Assembly (NCBI GenBank): GCA_963828675.1
Contig: CAWHFQ010000001.1
Span: 1,538,261-1,602,260, forward strand
DNA from: an uncultured Gammaproteobacteria bacterium
Lineage (GTDB): Bacteria > Pseudomonadota > Gammaproteobacteria > Xanthomonadales > Rhodanobacteraceae
Direction of reading: 5' to 3'
DNA: 64,000 nt
Position 1 is the stretch's first letter, and each line of letters begins with the position of its first letter. The notes beneath the pieces are model-generated. The model saw nothing but the letters and a program-made list of their open reading frames with translations, did no database searches and was not told the DNA's origin. Both the position numbers and the translations under genes were made by a program. Below are positions 9,930-20,477 of the stretch, in pieces.

Positions 9930-10883
9930 ATGCGCCAGCTGTACCCCGAGATCGAGCCATACCTGACCCGTCGCATCGCCGTCGACGCGATCCACACCTT
10001 GCACGTCGAGGAATGCGGCAACCCCGACGGCTTGCCGGCGATTTTCCTGCATGGCGGCCCGGGTGCCGGCCTGTCGACCTACCACCGCCGCTTCTTCGAT
10101 CCGACGCGCTATCGCATCGTGCTGTTCGACCAGCGCGGCGCCGGCCAATCCACCCCGTTCGCCGAACTCATCGACAACACCACCTGGCATCTGGTCGCCG
10201 ACATCGAGGCGATTCGCGAACAACTCGGCATCGAACGCTGGGTGGTGTTTGGCGGCTCGTGGGGATCGACGCTGGCGCTGACCTATGCCCAGACGCATCC
10301 CGAACGCGTGCTGGCGCTGGTGCTGCGCGGCATCTTCCTGGGCCGGCCGCCGGAGCTGAGCTGGTTCAACGAAGTGGGCGGCGGCGCGGCGCAGATCTTC
10401 CCGGAACGCTGGGCGCGCTTCCTCGATTTCATCCCGCCCGAGGAACGCGACTCGATGCTGGACGCCTACTGGCGTCGCCTGACCGGCAACGACGAAGCGA
10501 TGCGCATCGCCGCCGCGAAGGCCTGGAGCGCTTGGGAAGGCGGCAGCACCACGCTGCTGCATGAGCCCGACAGTGGCGGCGACTTCGAGGATCCGCACAA
10601 GGCGGTCAGCCTGGCCGTCATGGAAGCGCACTATTTCCGCCACGCGATCTTCCTCGAACCGGACCAGCTGCTGCGCAACATCGATCGCATCCGGCACATC
10701 CCCGCCACCATCGTGCACGGCCGCTACGACATCATCTGCCCGATGAAGAGCGCATACGACCTGAGCCAGGCATGGCCGGAGGCGACGCTGCACGTCGTGC
10801 TGGCCGGCCACAGCGCCGCCGATCCGGCGATCGTCGACCAACTGGTGCAGGCCACCGACCGCCTGGCCGACCGCTACGTCTGA
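9930..10883 (+). CDS. pip: prolyl aminopeptidase (proline iminopeptidase)
   Basis: Contains MRQLYPEIEPY...LHVEECGNPDGLPAIFLHGGPGAG and the GGSWGSTLAL nucleophile elbow. The 317-aa length is typical. Confidence 0.92.
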   Translation: MRQLYPEIEPYLTRRIAVDAIHTLHVEECGNPDGLPAIFLHGGPGAGLSTYHRRFFDPTRYRIVLFDQRGAGQSTPFAELIDNTTWHLVADIEAIREQLGIERWVVFGGSWGSTLALTYAQTHPERVLALVLRGIFLGRPPELSWFNEVGGGAAQIFPERWARFLDFIPPEERDSMLDAYWRRLTGNDEAMRIAAAKAWSAWEGGSTTLLHEPDSGGDFEDPHKAVSLAVMEAHYFRHAIFLEPDQLLRNIDRIRHIPATIVHGRYDIICPMKSAYDLSQAWPEATLHVVLAGHSAADPAIVDQLVQATDRLADRYV

Positions 10884-10992
10884 ACCATCCGTCACCAACC
10901 GCAGGAGCCGCTTCAGCCGCCGCAAGAAACGGATGTCGCCCGACGGCGGCGCGCGCCATCATCGGTATTCCTCCTCCGGCGGAATGCCACCC

Positions 10993-11634
10993 ATGCTCAC
11001 CTTGTTCGACTACCTGCCCTCGCAGAACGCCTGGAAAGTGCGCCTGCTGCTGAATCATCTCGGCCGCCCGTACCACTCGGTGCCCGTCAGCATCTTCGAG
11101 GGTGAAGGCCGCAGCGAAACCTACCTGCGCATCAGCCCGACCGGCACCGTGCCGGCAATCCGGCTCGACGACGGCCGCGTGCTGGCCGAGTCGAACGCGA
11201 TCCTCGCCTATCTGGCCGAGGGCACGCCGTACCTGCCGAACGATCCGTTCGACCGCGCCAAGGTGCAGCAATGGCTGCATTTCGAGCAGGAGCGGGTCGA
11301 GTCGGTGATCGGGACACTGCGCCACTGGACGATGACCGGCAAGCTGGCGCGTCGTTCACCGCAGTTGATCGAGGCCAAGCGCGGTGCCGCCCTGCGGTCG
11401 CTGGGCATCCTGGAAAGCGAATTGGCAACACGGCCATTCATCGCCGGCGACCGCTACGGCATCGCCGACATGGCGATATTCGCCTATGCCAGCCGCGCGG
11501 AGGAAGCCGGCCTGTCGCTGGACATGTATCCGCACTTTCGCACATGGATCGCACGCGTCGAGGCCCAGCCGGGCTTTCTGGCCACCATGCATCCGTACGC
11601 GATCGACCCGCATTCGGCGCGAGACTTGCCCTGA
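10993..11634 (+). CDS. glutathione S-transferase family protein
   Basis: Has a thioredoxin-like N-domain (LFDYLPSQNAWKVRLLL..., VPAIRLDDGRVLAESNAILAYL) and a helical C-domain. The start may instead be at 10984 or 10933. Confidence 0.8.
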   Translation: MLTLFDYLPSQNAWKVRLLLNHLGRPYHSVPVSIFEGEGRSETYLRISPTGTVPAIRLDDGRVLAESNAILAYLAEGTPYLPNDPFDRAKVQQWLHFEQERVESVIGTLRHWTMTGKLARRSPQLIEAKRGAALRSLGILESELATRPFIAGDRYGIADMAIFAYASRAEEAGLSLDMYPHFRTWIARVEAQPGFLATMHPYAIDPHSARDLP

Positions 11635-11706
11635 CCCAGCTTTCGTCACGGGCGGTCGCCACGGCGGCAATGGCATACTCGGCGCTTTCTTGCCCGGGAA
11701 TCCTTC

Positions 11707-13566
11707 ATGCGCCTTCTGCCCGCCCTCGCCTTTGGCACGCTGATGCTGCCACTGGCCGCCCACGCCGCCGACCCGCACTCCTACGCGCAGCCCGACCAGG
11801 TCGTGGTGACCCACCTGGATCTCGACCTGAAGGTCGACTTCCCGCACAAGCAGCTCGATGGCCAGGCCACGTTGAAGCTGGACTGGAAGAACCCGCAGGC
11901 GGCCTCGCTGGTACTGGACACGCGCGACCTGAAGATCGCGAAGATCGACGCGCTTGCCGCCGATGGCAAGGCCACGCCGCTGAAGTACATTCTCGCGCCG
12001 CGCGACAAGGAACTGGGCAGCAAGCTGACCATCGCCGCGCCGAAGCACCCGGCGCAGGTGCGCATCGTCTACACCACCTCGCCCGAGGCTTCCGGCCTGC
12101 AGTGGTTGACGCCGGCGCAGACGGCGGACAAGAAATTCCCGTTCATGTTCTCGCAGTCCGAATCGATCCATGCGCGCTCGTGGGTGCCGCTGCAGGATTC
12201 GCCGGCGATCCGCTTCACCTACGATGCCCACGTCACGGCACCGAAGGACGTGCGCGTGGTGATGAGCGCGCTCAACGACGCAAAGCATCCGTTGAACGGC
12301 GACTTCAGCTTCGACCAGCCGCATCCGATCCCGTCCTATCTGCTGGCGATCGCCGCCGGCGACATTGCCGTGCAGGAAACCGGCCCGCGTTCGGCCGTCT
12401 ATGCGGAGCCCTCGGTGGTCGGCAAGGCCGCGCACGAGTTCGAGGACACCGAGAAGATGATCGCCACCACGGAACGGTTGTACGGCCCGTATCGCTGGGG
12501 CCGTTACGACATCCTGGTGCTGCCGCCGTCGTTCCCGTTCGGCGGCATGGAAAACCCGAACATGACCTTCGCCACGCCGACGATCATTGTCGGCGACAAG
12601 AGCCTGGTCAGCGTGATCTCGCATGAGCTGGCGCATTCGTGGTCGGGCAACCTGATCACCGCCGCGTCGTGGCGCGACATCTGGCTCAACGAGGGCATCA
12701 CCACCTACGTGCAGGGCCGCATCACCGAAGCGCTGTACGGCAAGTCGCTGGCCGACGAGGAGGCGCTGCTGTCGGCGCGTGCGTTGCAGAAGGGCATCGG
12801 CAAGATGCCCGCCAACTCGCAGAAGCTGGCACCGGACCCGCGCGGCGTCGGCGCCGACGATTCGCTGTCCGACGTGGCCTACGACAAGGGCTCGTGGTTC
12901 CTGCGCACGCTCGAACAACGCTACGGCCGCGAACACTTCGATGCCTACCTGAAAAGCTACTTCGACCACTTCGCGTTCCAGAGCATCACCACCGAGCAGA
13001 TGCTCGCCTTCCTCAAGCCGAATCTGATCGAGAAGTATCCCGGCAAGATGAGCTGGGACGAGGTGAAGGCCTGGGTCTACGGCGAAGGCATTCCTAAGGA
13101 CGCGCCACTGCCTGACTCGCCGCGCTTCAACGCGATCGACAAGGAGCGCACGGATTTTCTCGCCGGCTCGCTCGCAGCCGCGAAGCTCGACGCAAAGGGC
13201 TGGAATACCCAGGAGTGGATGTACTTCCTCGACCGCCTGCCCGATGTGGCGCCGCTGGACAAGCTGCAGCAGCTCGACGCCACCTGGCACCTCACCGGCA
13301 CGCCGAACGCGGAGATCGGCATGCGCTGGTACAGTCACGCGATTGCCGCCGGCGACAAGGCGGTGTGGAAGGCAGCCGCCGAGCACATGACGCGGATCGG
13401 CCGGCTCTACCTGACCACGCCGCTGTACAAGGCCTTCGTGAAAACACCGGAAGGCCTGGCTTATGCCGAGCAGGTCTACGCCAAGGCCAAGTCCGGTTAT
13501 CACCCGCTGACGCAGCAGGTGGTGGAGTCGGTTTTTGCCTCGGCAAAAACTGCACCGAAGCACTAG
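11707..13566 (+). CDS. M1 family metallopeptidase (leukotriene A4 hydrolase/aminopeptidase-like), secreted
   Basis: Has a signal peptide, a GGMENP exopeptidase motif, the zinc signature HELAHSWSGN...WLNEG, and a C-terminal Leuk-A4-hydrolase-like helical domain. Confidence 0.9.
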   Translation: MRLLPALAFGTLMLPLAAHAADPHSYAQPDQVVVTHLDLDLKVDFPHKQLDGQATLKLDWKNPQAASLVLDTRDLKIAKIDALAADGKATPLKYILAPRDKELGSKLTIAAPKHPAQVRIVYTTSPEASGLQWLTPAQTADKKFPFMFSQSESIHARSWVPLQDSPAIRFTYDAHVTAPKDVRVVMSALNDAKHPLNGDFSFDQPHPIPSYLLAIAAGDIAVQETGPRSAVYAEPSVVGKAAHEFEDTEKMIATTERLYGPYRWGRYDILVLPPSFPFGGMENPNMTFATPTIIVGDKSLVSVISHELAHSWSGNLITAASWRDIWLNEGITTYVQGRITEALYGKSLADEEALLSARALQKGIGKMPANSQKLAPDPRGVGADDSLSDVAYDKGSWFLRTLEQRYGREHFDAYLKSYFDHFAFQSITTEQMLAFLKPNLIEKYPGKMSWDEVKAWVYGEGIPKDAPLPDSPRFNAIDKERTDFLAGSLAAAKLDAKGWNTQEWMYFLDRLPDVAPLDKLQQLDATWHLTGTPNAEIGMRWYSHAIAAGDKAVWKAAAEHMTRIGRLYLTTPLYKAFVKTPEGLAYAEQVYAKAKSGYHPLTQQVVESVFASAKTAPKH

Positions 13567-13578
13567 GCAAGCCTGATC

Positions 13579-13602
13579 CCTCCCCTGCCGAGCAGGGGGA
13601 GG
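13579..13602 (+). terminator. GC-rich hairpin after the M1 peptidase gene (possible intrinsic terminator)
   Basis: The hairpin is cctcccctgc-cga-gcagggggagg, followed by aagtgttt. The U-tract is weak. Confidence 0.45.
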
Positions 13603-13611
13603 AAGTGTTTC

Positions 13612-14625
13612 ATGCCACGACCTCACCAAGAAACCATCATGCCTCCATCAACAAACCCCACCACCCCGCTCTGGAAACGCATGCTGCTGCGCCGGCTGAA
13701 ATTCCTCGCGTGGCTGGTCGCGCTGCTGGTGATCGTGCTGGGCGGCAGTTACCTGGTCGCGCCGCAGTGGCTGCTGCAGGCGAACGTGAAGCGCGAAGCG
13801 ATGGCGGCGCATCTGGACAAGCACTCGGTACAGGCGGGCGACACGCGCTGGGTCTATTACGAGGGCGGCGAGGGTCCGACCATCGTATTGCTGCACGGTT
13901 TCGCCGCGGACAAGGAGATCTGGCTGAAAGTGGCGAAGCTGCTGACGCCGCATTTCCACCTGATCATCCCCGACCTGCCCGGCTGGGGCGAGTCGTCACG
14001 CGTACCGGCCGCCAGCTACAACATCGACACCCAGGCCGCGCGTTTGGACACCTTCGTGCAGACCTTGCGCTTGCAGCGTTTCGTGCTGGTCGGCCATTCG
14101 ACCGGCGGTGCCATTGCCGGCGTCTATGCCAGCGAACACCCCGGGCATGTCGCCGAACTGGCCCTGGTCGACGCGACCGGCCTGAAGAGCAAGCCGAGCG
14201 CATTCGATCGCGAGCTGGCGGCGGGCAAGGATCCGTTCGTGTTCCACGATCGCGCCGGTTTCGCGCAAGCCACTGCGCTGGCCTTCGAAAAGCCGCTCGA
14301 CTTGCCCGGCCGCTTCGTCGACGTGCTGATCAAGCGCAACCAGCACGATCACGATTTCATCGAACGCGGCCTGGACGAACTGCGCGATCCCTCGCAGACG
14401 CTTGCCGTGCAGAACCGGCTCGGCCAGCTGGGCATGCCGGTGCTCGGGCTGTGGTGCCACGACGACAGGATCGTCGATATCTCGGCACTGGACAGCCTGC
14501 GCAACGGCCTGACTGCCGCCAGCGCAATCAGCGCCAGCACCGTCAGCGGCTGCAACCACATGCCGATGCTGGAAAAGCCGGAGCAAACCGCGCAGATCCT
14601 CACCGGTTTCGCCTTGTCGCATTGA
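13612..14625 (+). CDS. alpha/beta hydrolase fold protein with N-terminal membrane anchor
   Basis: Contains LLHGFAADKEIW, the nucleophile elbow GHSTGGAIA, and a C-terminal GCNHMPMLEKPE. An alternative start lies at 13639. Confidence 0.8.
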   Translation: MPRPHQETIMPPSTNPTTPLWKRMLLRRLKFLAWLVALLVIVLGGSYLVAPQWLLQANVKREAMAAHLDKHSVQAGDTRWVYYEGGEGPTIVLLHGFAADKEIWLKVAKLLTPHFHLIIPDLPGWGESSRVPAASYNIDTQAARLDTFVQTLRLQRFVLVGHSTGGAIAGVYASEHPGHVAELALVDATGLKSKPSAFDRELAAGKDPFVFHDRAGFAQATALAFEKPLDLPGRFVDVLIKRNQHDHDFIERGLDELRDPSQTLAVQNRLGQLGMPVLGLWCHDDRIVDISALDSLRNGLTAASAISASTVSGCNHMPMLEKPEQTAQILTGFALSH

Positions 14626-14717
14626 ATCCCGGCCGCGCGATGGGCGTTCGTGATCGCAACGGGATGTGAATGGACCCGTGCGTCCCTGCCACGCCATTGT
14701 GAATTGCGCATGACAAC

Positions 14718-15377
14718 ATGGGAGAATGCGGGCCTGCTCCATGGTCTGGGGTGTCCATCTGCATGAAAAACGGAACCATGCAACAACCGATGAAGCGAAG
14801 TTTTCCGCGCACCGTGGTGGATGCGATCGTGCGCATGTCCGCCACGCGCACGAACTACTGGGCCGAGGTCGGCGTGGATGCCGCCCTGGCTTTGCTGCTG
14901 GCGATCGAGGGCTGGCGACGCCATGTCGGTGGTCCGCTGGCCGCGCTGCTGGCGTTCGGACTGGGCCTGCTCGCCTTCAGTTTCATCGAATATTTCTTTC
15001 ACCGCTGGATGTTCCACACGCGGGTGCCGTTGTTCGAACAGGGCCACCGCACGCATCACGAGCAACCGCTCGGCTACGACTCGCTGCCGTTCTTCCTGCC
15101 GGCGGCGGTGCTGCTCGCGCTGGCGGGCCTGTTCGTGCTGATCATGCCGACCGGCTTCGCGCTGATGCTGTCCGCGTCGATCACGCTCGGTTACATCATC
15201 TACGGGCTCAGCCACTTCATCATCCACCACGTCCGCTTCAAGCAGCCGCTGCTGCGACGCTGGGCGGGTGCGCACCACGTCCATCACTATCATCCGGACA
15301 GCAATTTCGGGCTCACCACGCCGCTGTGGGACGTGTTGCTGGGCACGCGCTACGTGCGCCGGCCCCGGGATCTCTGA
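14718..15377 (+). CDS. fatty acid hydroxylase / sterol desaturase family membrane protein
   Basis: Histidine boxes HRWMFH, HRTHHEQP and HFIIHH...HHVHHYH are present, with a LTTPLWDVLLGT tail. The start is uncertain (14718, 14763 or 14778). Confidence 0.75.
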   Translation: MGECGPAPWSGVSICMKNGTMQQPMKRSFPRTVVDAIVRMSATRTNYWAEVGVDAALALLLAIEGWRRHVGGPLAALLAFGLGLLAFSFIEYFFHRWMFHTRVPLFEQGHRTHHEQPLGYDSLPFFLPAAVLLALAGLFVLIMPTGFALMLSASITLGYIIYGLSHFIIHHVRFKQPLLRRWAGAHHVHHYHPDSNFGLTTPLWDVLLGTRYVRRPRDL

Positions 15378-15475
15378 AAGGCTTTCGCGCGGCCGGGCGC
15401 CGTTGCGGCATGCCGCCCGCCACCCCGGATCCGGGGTTTCCATTCGTTATCGCGGGAAGCCGCGCGGGGACGGCC

Positions 15476-16246
15476 TCAGTCGGCGACGTCGGCGATCAGT
15501 CGGTCGAGCTCCGCCTTGAGGATCGCACCGTGCACGCGCAGCCAGTCGCGTTGCTCGCGCCAGTTGGGCAGCAGGCTTTCCACCTGGCTCCAGAATCGGG
15601 GTGAGTGGTTGCGCACCTTCAGATGACACAGCTCGTGCACCAGCACGTAACGCAGCGCGGCCGGCGGCGCCAGCGCCAGCGCCAGGTCGAGGTTGATGCG
15701 GTCGCGGGTGTCGAGGCTGCCCCACAGGCTTTTCATCGGGCGGATCTTCAACGCCGTCGGCGCCAGCCCGAGTTGCGGCACGTAGCCGGCGAGCCAGCGC
15801 GAGACGTCGCGACGGATCAGCGATTCGAGGTGCGAGGCGAGCAGGCCGCGGGCGATCGGCAGTGCGCGGGTATGCGGGCGCGGGATCACCAGGGTCAGCC
15901 CGTCGGCATGGGCGTCGATCTTCGGGTAGGTGCCTTCGGCCCAGTCCAGTTCGACCAGTTCGCCGCGCAGCGGAAAGGTGCACGGAGAGCCGACCCGCAG
16001 CGGCGGCAGCGGCTTGGCGATCAGGTTCAACTCGTCCAGCTTCTGCTCCAGCCAGTCGGCGTGACTGCGCAGGAAGGCACTGACCTGGGCCGGATGGGTG
16101 CCCTGCGGATAGGACACCCGCGCGCCCTTGGGCGTGACGGTGAGGCGCAGCCGGCGCGCGCGCGGATGGGCGGCCTTCAGCACCCGGATGATGCTGCCGC
16201 CCATCGTCGCCAGTTCCAGCCAATCGCCTTCCAGATGCTGCGCCAT
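15476..16246 (-). CDS. YgjP-like (DUF45/M48 superfamily) metal-dependent hydrolase
   Basis: Contains the HELCHLKVRNHSPRFW zinc motif near the C-terminus. Length is about 256 aa. Confidence 0.8.
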   Translation of the reverse strand: MAQHLEGDWLELATMGGSIIRVLKAAHPRARRLRLTVTPKGARVSYPQGTHPAQVSAFLRSHADWLEQKLDELNLIAKPLPPLRVGSPCTFPLRGELVELDWAEGTYPKIDAHADGLTLVIPRPHTRALPIARGLLASHLESLIRRDVSRWLAGYVPQLGLAPTALKIRPMKSLWGSLDTRDRINLDLALALAPPAALRYVLVHELCHLKVRNHSPRFWSQVESLLPNWREQRDWLRVHGAILKAELDRLIADVAD

Positions 16247-16360
16247 GATCCTGCCTGTTCTTGCCGGGCGGTTCCGATCAATCGGGAAATCCGGACGCCG
16301 ACAGGCGACCGGACGCCCAGTATGGCGCGCCGGTCGGTGAAACGGGAATGGATTTTTCGT

Positions 16361-17278
16361 TCAGCTATCGGCCGGCCGCGGCAGCCCGAACCATTCCTCC
16401 AGCTTGCCCAGCAGCCGCTCCAGTTCCAGCGTCAGCAGGGCGAAACTGGCGTCCAGCTCGGCCTGGGCGTCCTGCTGGCTGTCGCCCAGCTCGTCCATCA
16501 CCACGTCGAGGAATTTCAGCTTGCGGATGATCAGGTCCTCGCCCAGCACGAAGCTGATGCGATCGTCGAAGGTCAACCCCAGCATGAACACCTGCTTGCC
16601 GTTGCGCAGGTGTTCCTTGACCTCCTCCGCATCCAGATCCTGCCGGCGGCAACGGGCGATCGCGCCGGTGGCGGTGGCCGGGTCGCGCAGCTCGCACTCG
16701 TCGCCCAGCGCCAGGCCGGCCGGCAGGTTGCCGGTGGAGAGCCAGTCGGTCATCAGCACGCGCGGGCCTTCCTCCGGCGCCAACGGCACCGCCGGGAAGC
16801 TGCCCAGTGCCTCGCGCACCTGGCTCAGCGCGTTCTCGGCCGACTTGCGGCTGGAGGTGTCCAGCACCAGCCAGCCGTTCTTCTTGTCGACATAGGCGGA
16901 CATGCGAGAGTTGCGCACGAATGCGCGCGGCAGCAGTTCGGTCAGCAGATCCTCCTTGATCCGCTTGCGCTCGCGGCCACCGACCTTGCGGCCTTCCTCT
17001 TCGGCGATCTTCTGCACCTTGCGATGCAACTCGTCGTTGATCACGGCGGCCGGCAGCAGCTTGTCCTCGCCGCCGACGGTGAGCAGGGTGCACTGCTTCA
17101 CGGCATGCGTGAGCGGCTCGTTCTCGCCGCGCCCGACCGGCGGCACGAAACCCTTGGTGAACATCTCCAGCGGCCCGCACGGGCGCAGGCGATGCTCGGC
17201 CAAGGCCTCGTCGAGGCGGTCGAGATCGGTGGCGACGGTGGGGGAAAAACGAAACAGCGTGAGGTTGCGAAAGAACAT
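16361..17278 (-). CDS. rdgC: recombination-associated protein RdgC
   Basis: Starts MFFRNLTLFRF and is 305 aa. It contains characteristic RdgC blocks (GFVPP, RKVGGRERKRIKED). Confidence 0.9.
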   Translation of the reverse strand: MFFRNLTLFRFSPTVATDLDRLDEALAEHRLRPCGPLEMFTKGFVPPVGRGENEPLTHAVKQCTLLTVGGEDKLLPAAVINDELHRKVQKIAEEEGRKVGGRERKRIKEDLLTELLPRAFVRNSRMSAYVDKKNGWLVLDTSSRKSAENALSQVREALGSFPAVPLAPEEGPRVLMTDWLSTGNLPAGLALGDECELRDPATATGAIARCRRQDLDAEEVKEHLRNGKQVFMLGLTFDDRISFVLGEDLIIRKLKFLDVVMDELGDSQQDAQAELDASFALLTLELERLLGKLEEWFGLPRPADS

Positions 17279-17329
17279 TCGATATCCGGATATGAGTACA
17301 GCCCGAAGGCGGAGTTTTCATGATTTCCC

Positions 17330-17420
17330 CCGTTCACCCTGAACGCAGGCCGAGAGGCCGAAGTCGAAGGGCACGATGCGATGCCCTTCGACTTCGCTGC
17401 GCTACGCTCAGGGTGAACGG
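17330..17420. repeat. REP-like compound palindrome (GAAGTCGAAGGGCA family)
   Basis: The inner stem gaagtcgaagggca (17360-17373) pairs with tgcccttcgacttc (17382-17395). Outer arms are ccgttcaccctgaacgc / gcgctacgctcagggtgaacgg. It is intergenic between rdgC and the aminotransferase gene. Confidence 0.8.
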
Positions 17421-17439
17421 TGCGTGGAATGGCAGAACA

Positions 17440-18642
17440 TCAGCGGCTGACAGCCGCCACCGCCGCGGCCACGGTGTCCAGGTTCGCCTGGTTCAGCGCC
17501 GCCACGCAGATGCGCCCGCTGTCGAGCGCGTAGATCGCGTGCTCGTCGCGCAGCCGATGCACTTGCGTCTTGCTCAGGCCGGAATAGGAGAACATGCCGG
17601 CCTGCTTGTTGATGAAGCCGAAGTCGGGCGCACCGAGTGCCGCCAGTTTTTCGACGAAACCGGCGCGCATCGTGTGGATGCGCCCGCGCATGCCGCCCAG
17701 TTCCTGCTCCCAGCGCGCGCGCAACTCGGTGCTGCCGAGCACGCCGGCGACCAGTGCCGCGCCGTGGGTGGACGGGCTGGAATAGATCGTGCGGATGATC
17801 TGCTTGATCTTCGACTGCAAGCGCGCGGCCTCGTCGCGGTCGACGCCGACCATCGACAGCGCGCCGACCCGCTCGCCGTACAGCGAGAACGACTTCGAGT
17901 ACGAGTTGACGACCACGAACGCCCCGATTCCCGAAGCCTCCAGCAGACGCACGGCGGTGGCATCGGCATCGGTGCCCTTGTCGAAACCCTGATAGGCCAT
18001 GTCGATGAACGGCAGCAGGCGCCGATCCTTCAGCAGTTCGATCAATTGCTGCCACTGCGCCGCCTCCAGGTCGACGCCGGTGGGGTTGTGGCAGCACGCA
18101 TGCAGCAGCACGACGGTGCCCGGTTCCAGCCTGCCCAGGTCCTCCAGCATGCCGGTGAAATCCAGCCCGTGTGTGGCGGCGTCGTAATAGCGATAGTCCA
18201 GCAGTTCGAAGCCGGCCGTGCGGAACACCACGTGATGATTGCCCCAACTCGGACTGCTGATCGCGATCTTCGTGCCCGCGCCATTCACTTGCTTCAGCAG
18301 ATCGGCTGCCACGCGCAGCGCCGCGCTGCCGCCGATGGTCTGCGCGGTGGCCACGCGACCGGCAGCCAGCAACTGCGACTGCGCGCCGAACACCAGTTCC
18401 CGGGTCAGTCGGTTGTACGCGGCCAGGCCGTCGATCGGCAGATAGCCGCGCGGGTTCGCCGCGGCGGCCAGCGCCAGCTCCACTTCGTGCACGGTCGGCA
18501 GCAGCGGAATGCGTCCCTGCTCGTCGACATAGATGCCCACGCCGAGGTTGATCTTGCCCGGGCGCGGATCGGCAACGTAGGTTTCGGTGAGGCCCAGGAT
18601 CGGATCGCCAGGCGCCATTTCAACGGATGCAAAGTAGGACAC
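17440..18642 (-). CDS. aromatic amino acid / aspartate aminotransferase (class I, TyrB/AspC-like)
   Basis: Starts MSYFASVEMAPGDPILGLTE...KINLGVGIY and contains the SYSKSFSLYGERVG PLP-lysine block. Length is 400 aa. Confidence 0.9.
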   Translation of the reverse strand: MSYFASVEMAPGDPILGLTETYVADPRPGKINLGVGIYVDEQGRIPLLPTVHEVELALAAAANPRGYLPIDGLAAYNRLTRELVFGAQSQLLAAGRVATAQTIGGSAALRVAADLLKQVNGAGTKIAISSPSWGNHHVVFRTAGFELLDYRYYDAATHGLDFTGMLEDLGRLEPGTVVLLHACCHNPTGVDLEAAQWQQLIELLKDRRLLPFIDMAYQGFDKGTDADATAVRLLEASGIGAFVVVNSYSKSFSLYGERVGALSMVGVDRDEAARLQSKIKQIIRTIYSSPSTHGAALVAGVLGSTELRARWEQELGGMRGRIHTMRAGFVEKLAALGAPDFGFINKQAGMFSYSGLSKTQVHRLRDEHAIYALDSGRICVAALNQANLDTVAAAVAAVSR

Positions 18643-18675
18643 GGCAGTTACTCGAAGGTGAAAGGGATGAACGGC

Positions 18676-19530
18676 TCAAGCGTGGGTGGCGGCGGTCTCA
18701 CCCGCTGCGTCGGCGGCCGGCCAGGCGCTCTGCACGCCCAGCGAGAAATCGAACAACTGGCGGTCGGCCAGATGCGAGGGTGATACGCGGGTCAGCGCGC
18801 GGAAAATGTTCTCGCTGCGGCCGGGCTGCTGCCGTTCCCAGTCGGCCAGCATGCGCTGCACAGCCTGGCGCTGCAGGTTGTCCTGCGAGCCGCACAGGTT
18901 GCACGGGATGATCGGGAACTCGCGCATCGCCGCGTACTCGGCGATGTCGCTCTCGCGGCAATACGCCAGCGGGCGGATCACCACGTGCCGGCCATCGTCC
19001 GAGCGCAGCTTCGGCGGCATCGCCTTCAGCTGCGCCTGGTAGAACATGTTGAGGAAGAACGTCGCGAGGATGTCGTCGCGATGATGGCCAAGCGCGATCT
19101 TGGTGATGCCGTTGACCGCGGCCCACGTGTACAACGCGCCGCGACGCAGCCGCGAGCACAGGCTGCACATCGTCTTGCCGGCGGGAATCACCCGGGTCAC
19201 CGTGCTGTAGGTGTCCTGCTCGATGATGTGGAACGGCACGCCGCGTGTCCCGAGATAATCCGGCAACAGGTGCTCGGGGAAGTCCGGCTGCTTCTGGTCC
19301 AGGTTCACCGCGATCAGCTCGAAGCGCACCGGCGCCTTCGCCTGCAATTGCAGCAGCATGTCCAGCAAGGTGTACGAATCCTTGCCGCCGGAAAGGCACA
19401 CCATCACCTTGTCACCGGCTTCGATCATGCCGAAGTCGCCGATCGCCTGGCCGACCTGGCGACGCAGACGCGCGGCCAGTCTGGTGGCCTCGTCGGCAGG
19501 CGTGCGGGTGGCTTCGGGCTGGGCGGACAT
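18676..19530 (-). CDS. ttcA: tRNA 2-thiocytidine(32) synthetase TtcA
   Basis: Contains [32 protein letters not shown] (PP-loop) and CNLCGSQ Cys motifs. The start was chosen at the ATG at 19530 by comparison with the E. coli TtcA N-terminus. Confidence 0.9.
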   Translation of the reverse strand: MSAQPEATRTPADEATRLAARLRRQVGQAIGDFGMIEAGDKVMVCLSGGKDSYTLLDMLLQLQAKAPVRFELIAVNLDQKQPDFPEHLLPDYLGTRGVPFHIIEQDTYSTVTRVIPAGKTMCSLCSRLRRGALYTWAAVNGITKIALGHHRDDILATFFLNMFYQAQLKAMPPKLRSDDGRHVVIRPLAYCRESDIAEYAAMREFPIIPCNLCGSQDNLQRQAVQRMLADWERQQPGRSENIFRALTRVSPSHLADRQLFDFSLGVQSAWPAADAAGETAATHA

Positions 19531-19640
19531 GGCTGCCAATCGAACGGAAAGAATCCCCATTGTAGCGGCTGGCCGCTCACCTTCCGTCGATGCCAAACGG
19601 CGCTAAACTAGGGAACTTGCCCTAACCGACGTTTGTTGCC

Positions 19641-19847
19641 ATGCAGGTTCAGGATCACGCCGAAATCGTTCATTTGCTCGCGGAGCTCCGGATGGAGCAT
19701 CGCGACCTCGACGCGGCGATCGATCAGCTGGCCACCTCCATCGGCCGCGACGAGCTGCAACTGACCCGGCTGAAGAAGCGCAAGCTGCTGTTGAAAGACA
19801 ACATCGCGCGACTCGAGAGCAAGCTGATTCCCGACCTCGACGCCTGA
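19641..19847 (+). CDS. DUF465 (YdcH-like) small coiled-coil protein
   Basis: 68 aa. Contains the H.DLD..I......D...L..LKK.KL.LKD pattern. Confidence 0.7.
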   Translation: MQVQDHAEIVHLLAELRMEHRDLDAAIDQLATSIGRDELQLTRLKKRKLLLKDNIARLESKLIPDLDA

Positions 19848-19868
19848 ACCCCGCCGCCCGGACCTCCG

Positions 19869-20477
19869 ATGAACCCAGTCACCCCGACCCGCCTGCACGA
19901 CGACCACGTCGCGCTGGAACCGCTGGACCCGGAGCACGTGCCGGCGCTGGAGGCGGCCGCCGCCGATGGTGAACTGTGGAACCTCATGGTCACCAGCGTG
20001 CCGCCGCCGGGGCAGGCACACGGCTACGTCGAGAAGGCGCTGCAGGGCCGGGCCGAGGGACACATGCTCCCGTTCGCCATCCGCGAGCGGCACAGCGGCG
20101 AGATCGTCGGCAGCACCCGCTACTACGAAATCGACGCCGCGGTCCCACGCCTCGCCATCGGCTACACCTGGTACGCGAAACGCTGGCAGAAAACCCATCT
20201 CAACACCGCCTGCAAGCGGCTCTTGCTGGAACACGCGTTCGAGACACTGGGCTGCGTGGCGGTTGCCTTCCACACCGACGTGCTGAACGAGGATTCGCAG
20301 CGTGCGATCGAACGCCTCGGTGCGCAGCGCGAGGGACTGTTGCGTGCGCACCGACGGCGCACCGACGGCAGCCTGCGCGACACCGTGTGCTTCAGCATTC
20401 TGGCCGAGGAGTGGCCGAACGTCGCTAGCTGGCTGGAGATGCGCCTGAGTCGGCTCGCTCCTACAGCAAGCGGTTGA
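19869..20477 (+). CDS. GNAT family N-acetyltransferase (RimJ/RimL-like)
   Basis: Has an acetyltransferase fold pattern (LEPLDPEHVPAL..., IGYTWYAKRWQKT..NTA.K.LLLEHAFE, NEDSQRAIERLGA). Confidence 0.8.
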   Translation: MNPVTPTRLHDDHVALEPLDPEHVPALEAAAADGELWNLMVTSVPPPGQAHGYVEKALQGRAEGHMLPFAIRERHSGEIVGSTRYYEIDAAVPRLAIGYTWYAKRWQKTHLNTACKRLLLEHAFETLGCVAVAFHTDVLNEDSQRAIERLGAQREGLLRAHRRRTDGSLRDTVCFSILAEEWPNVASWLEMRLSRLAPTASG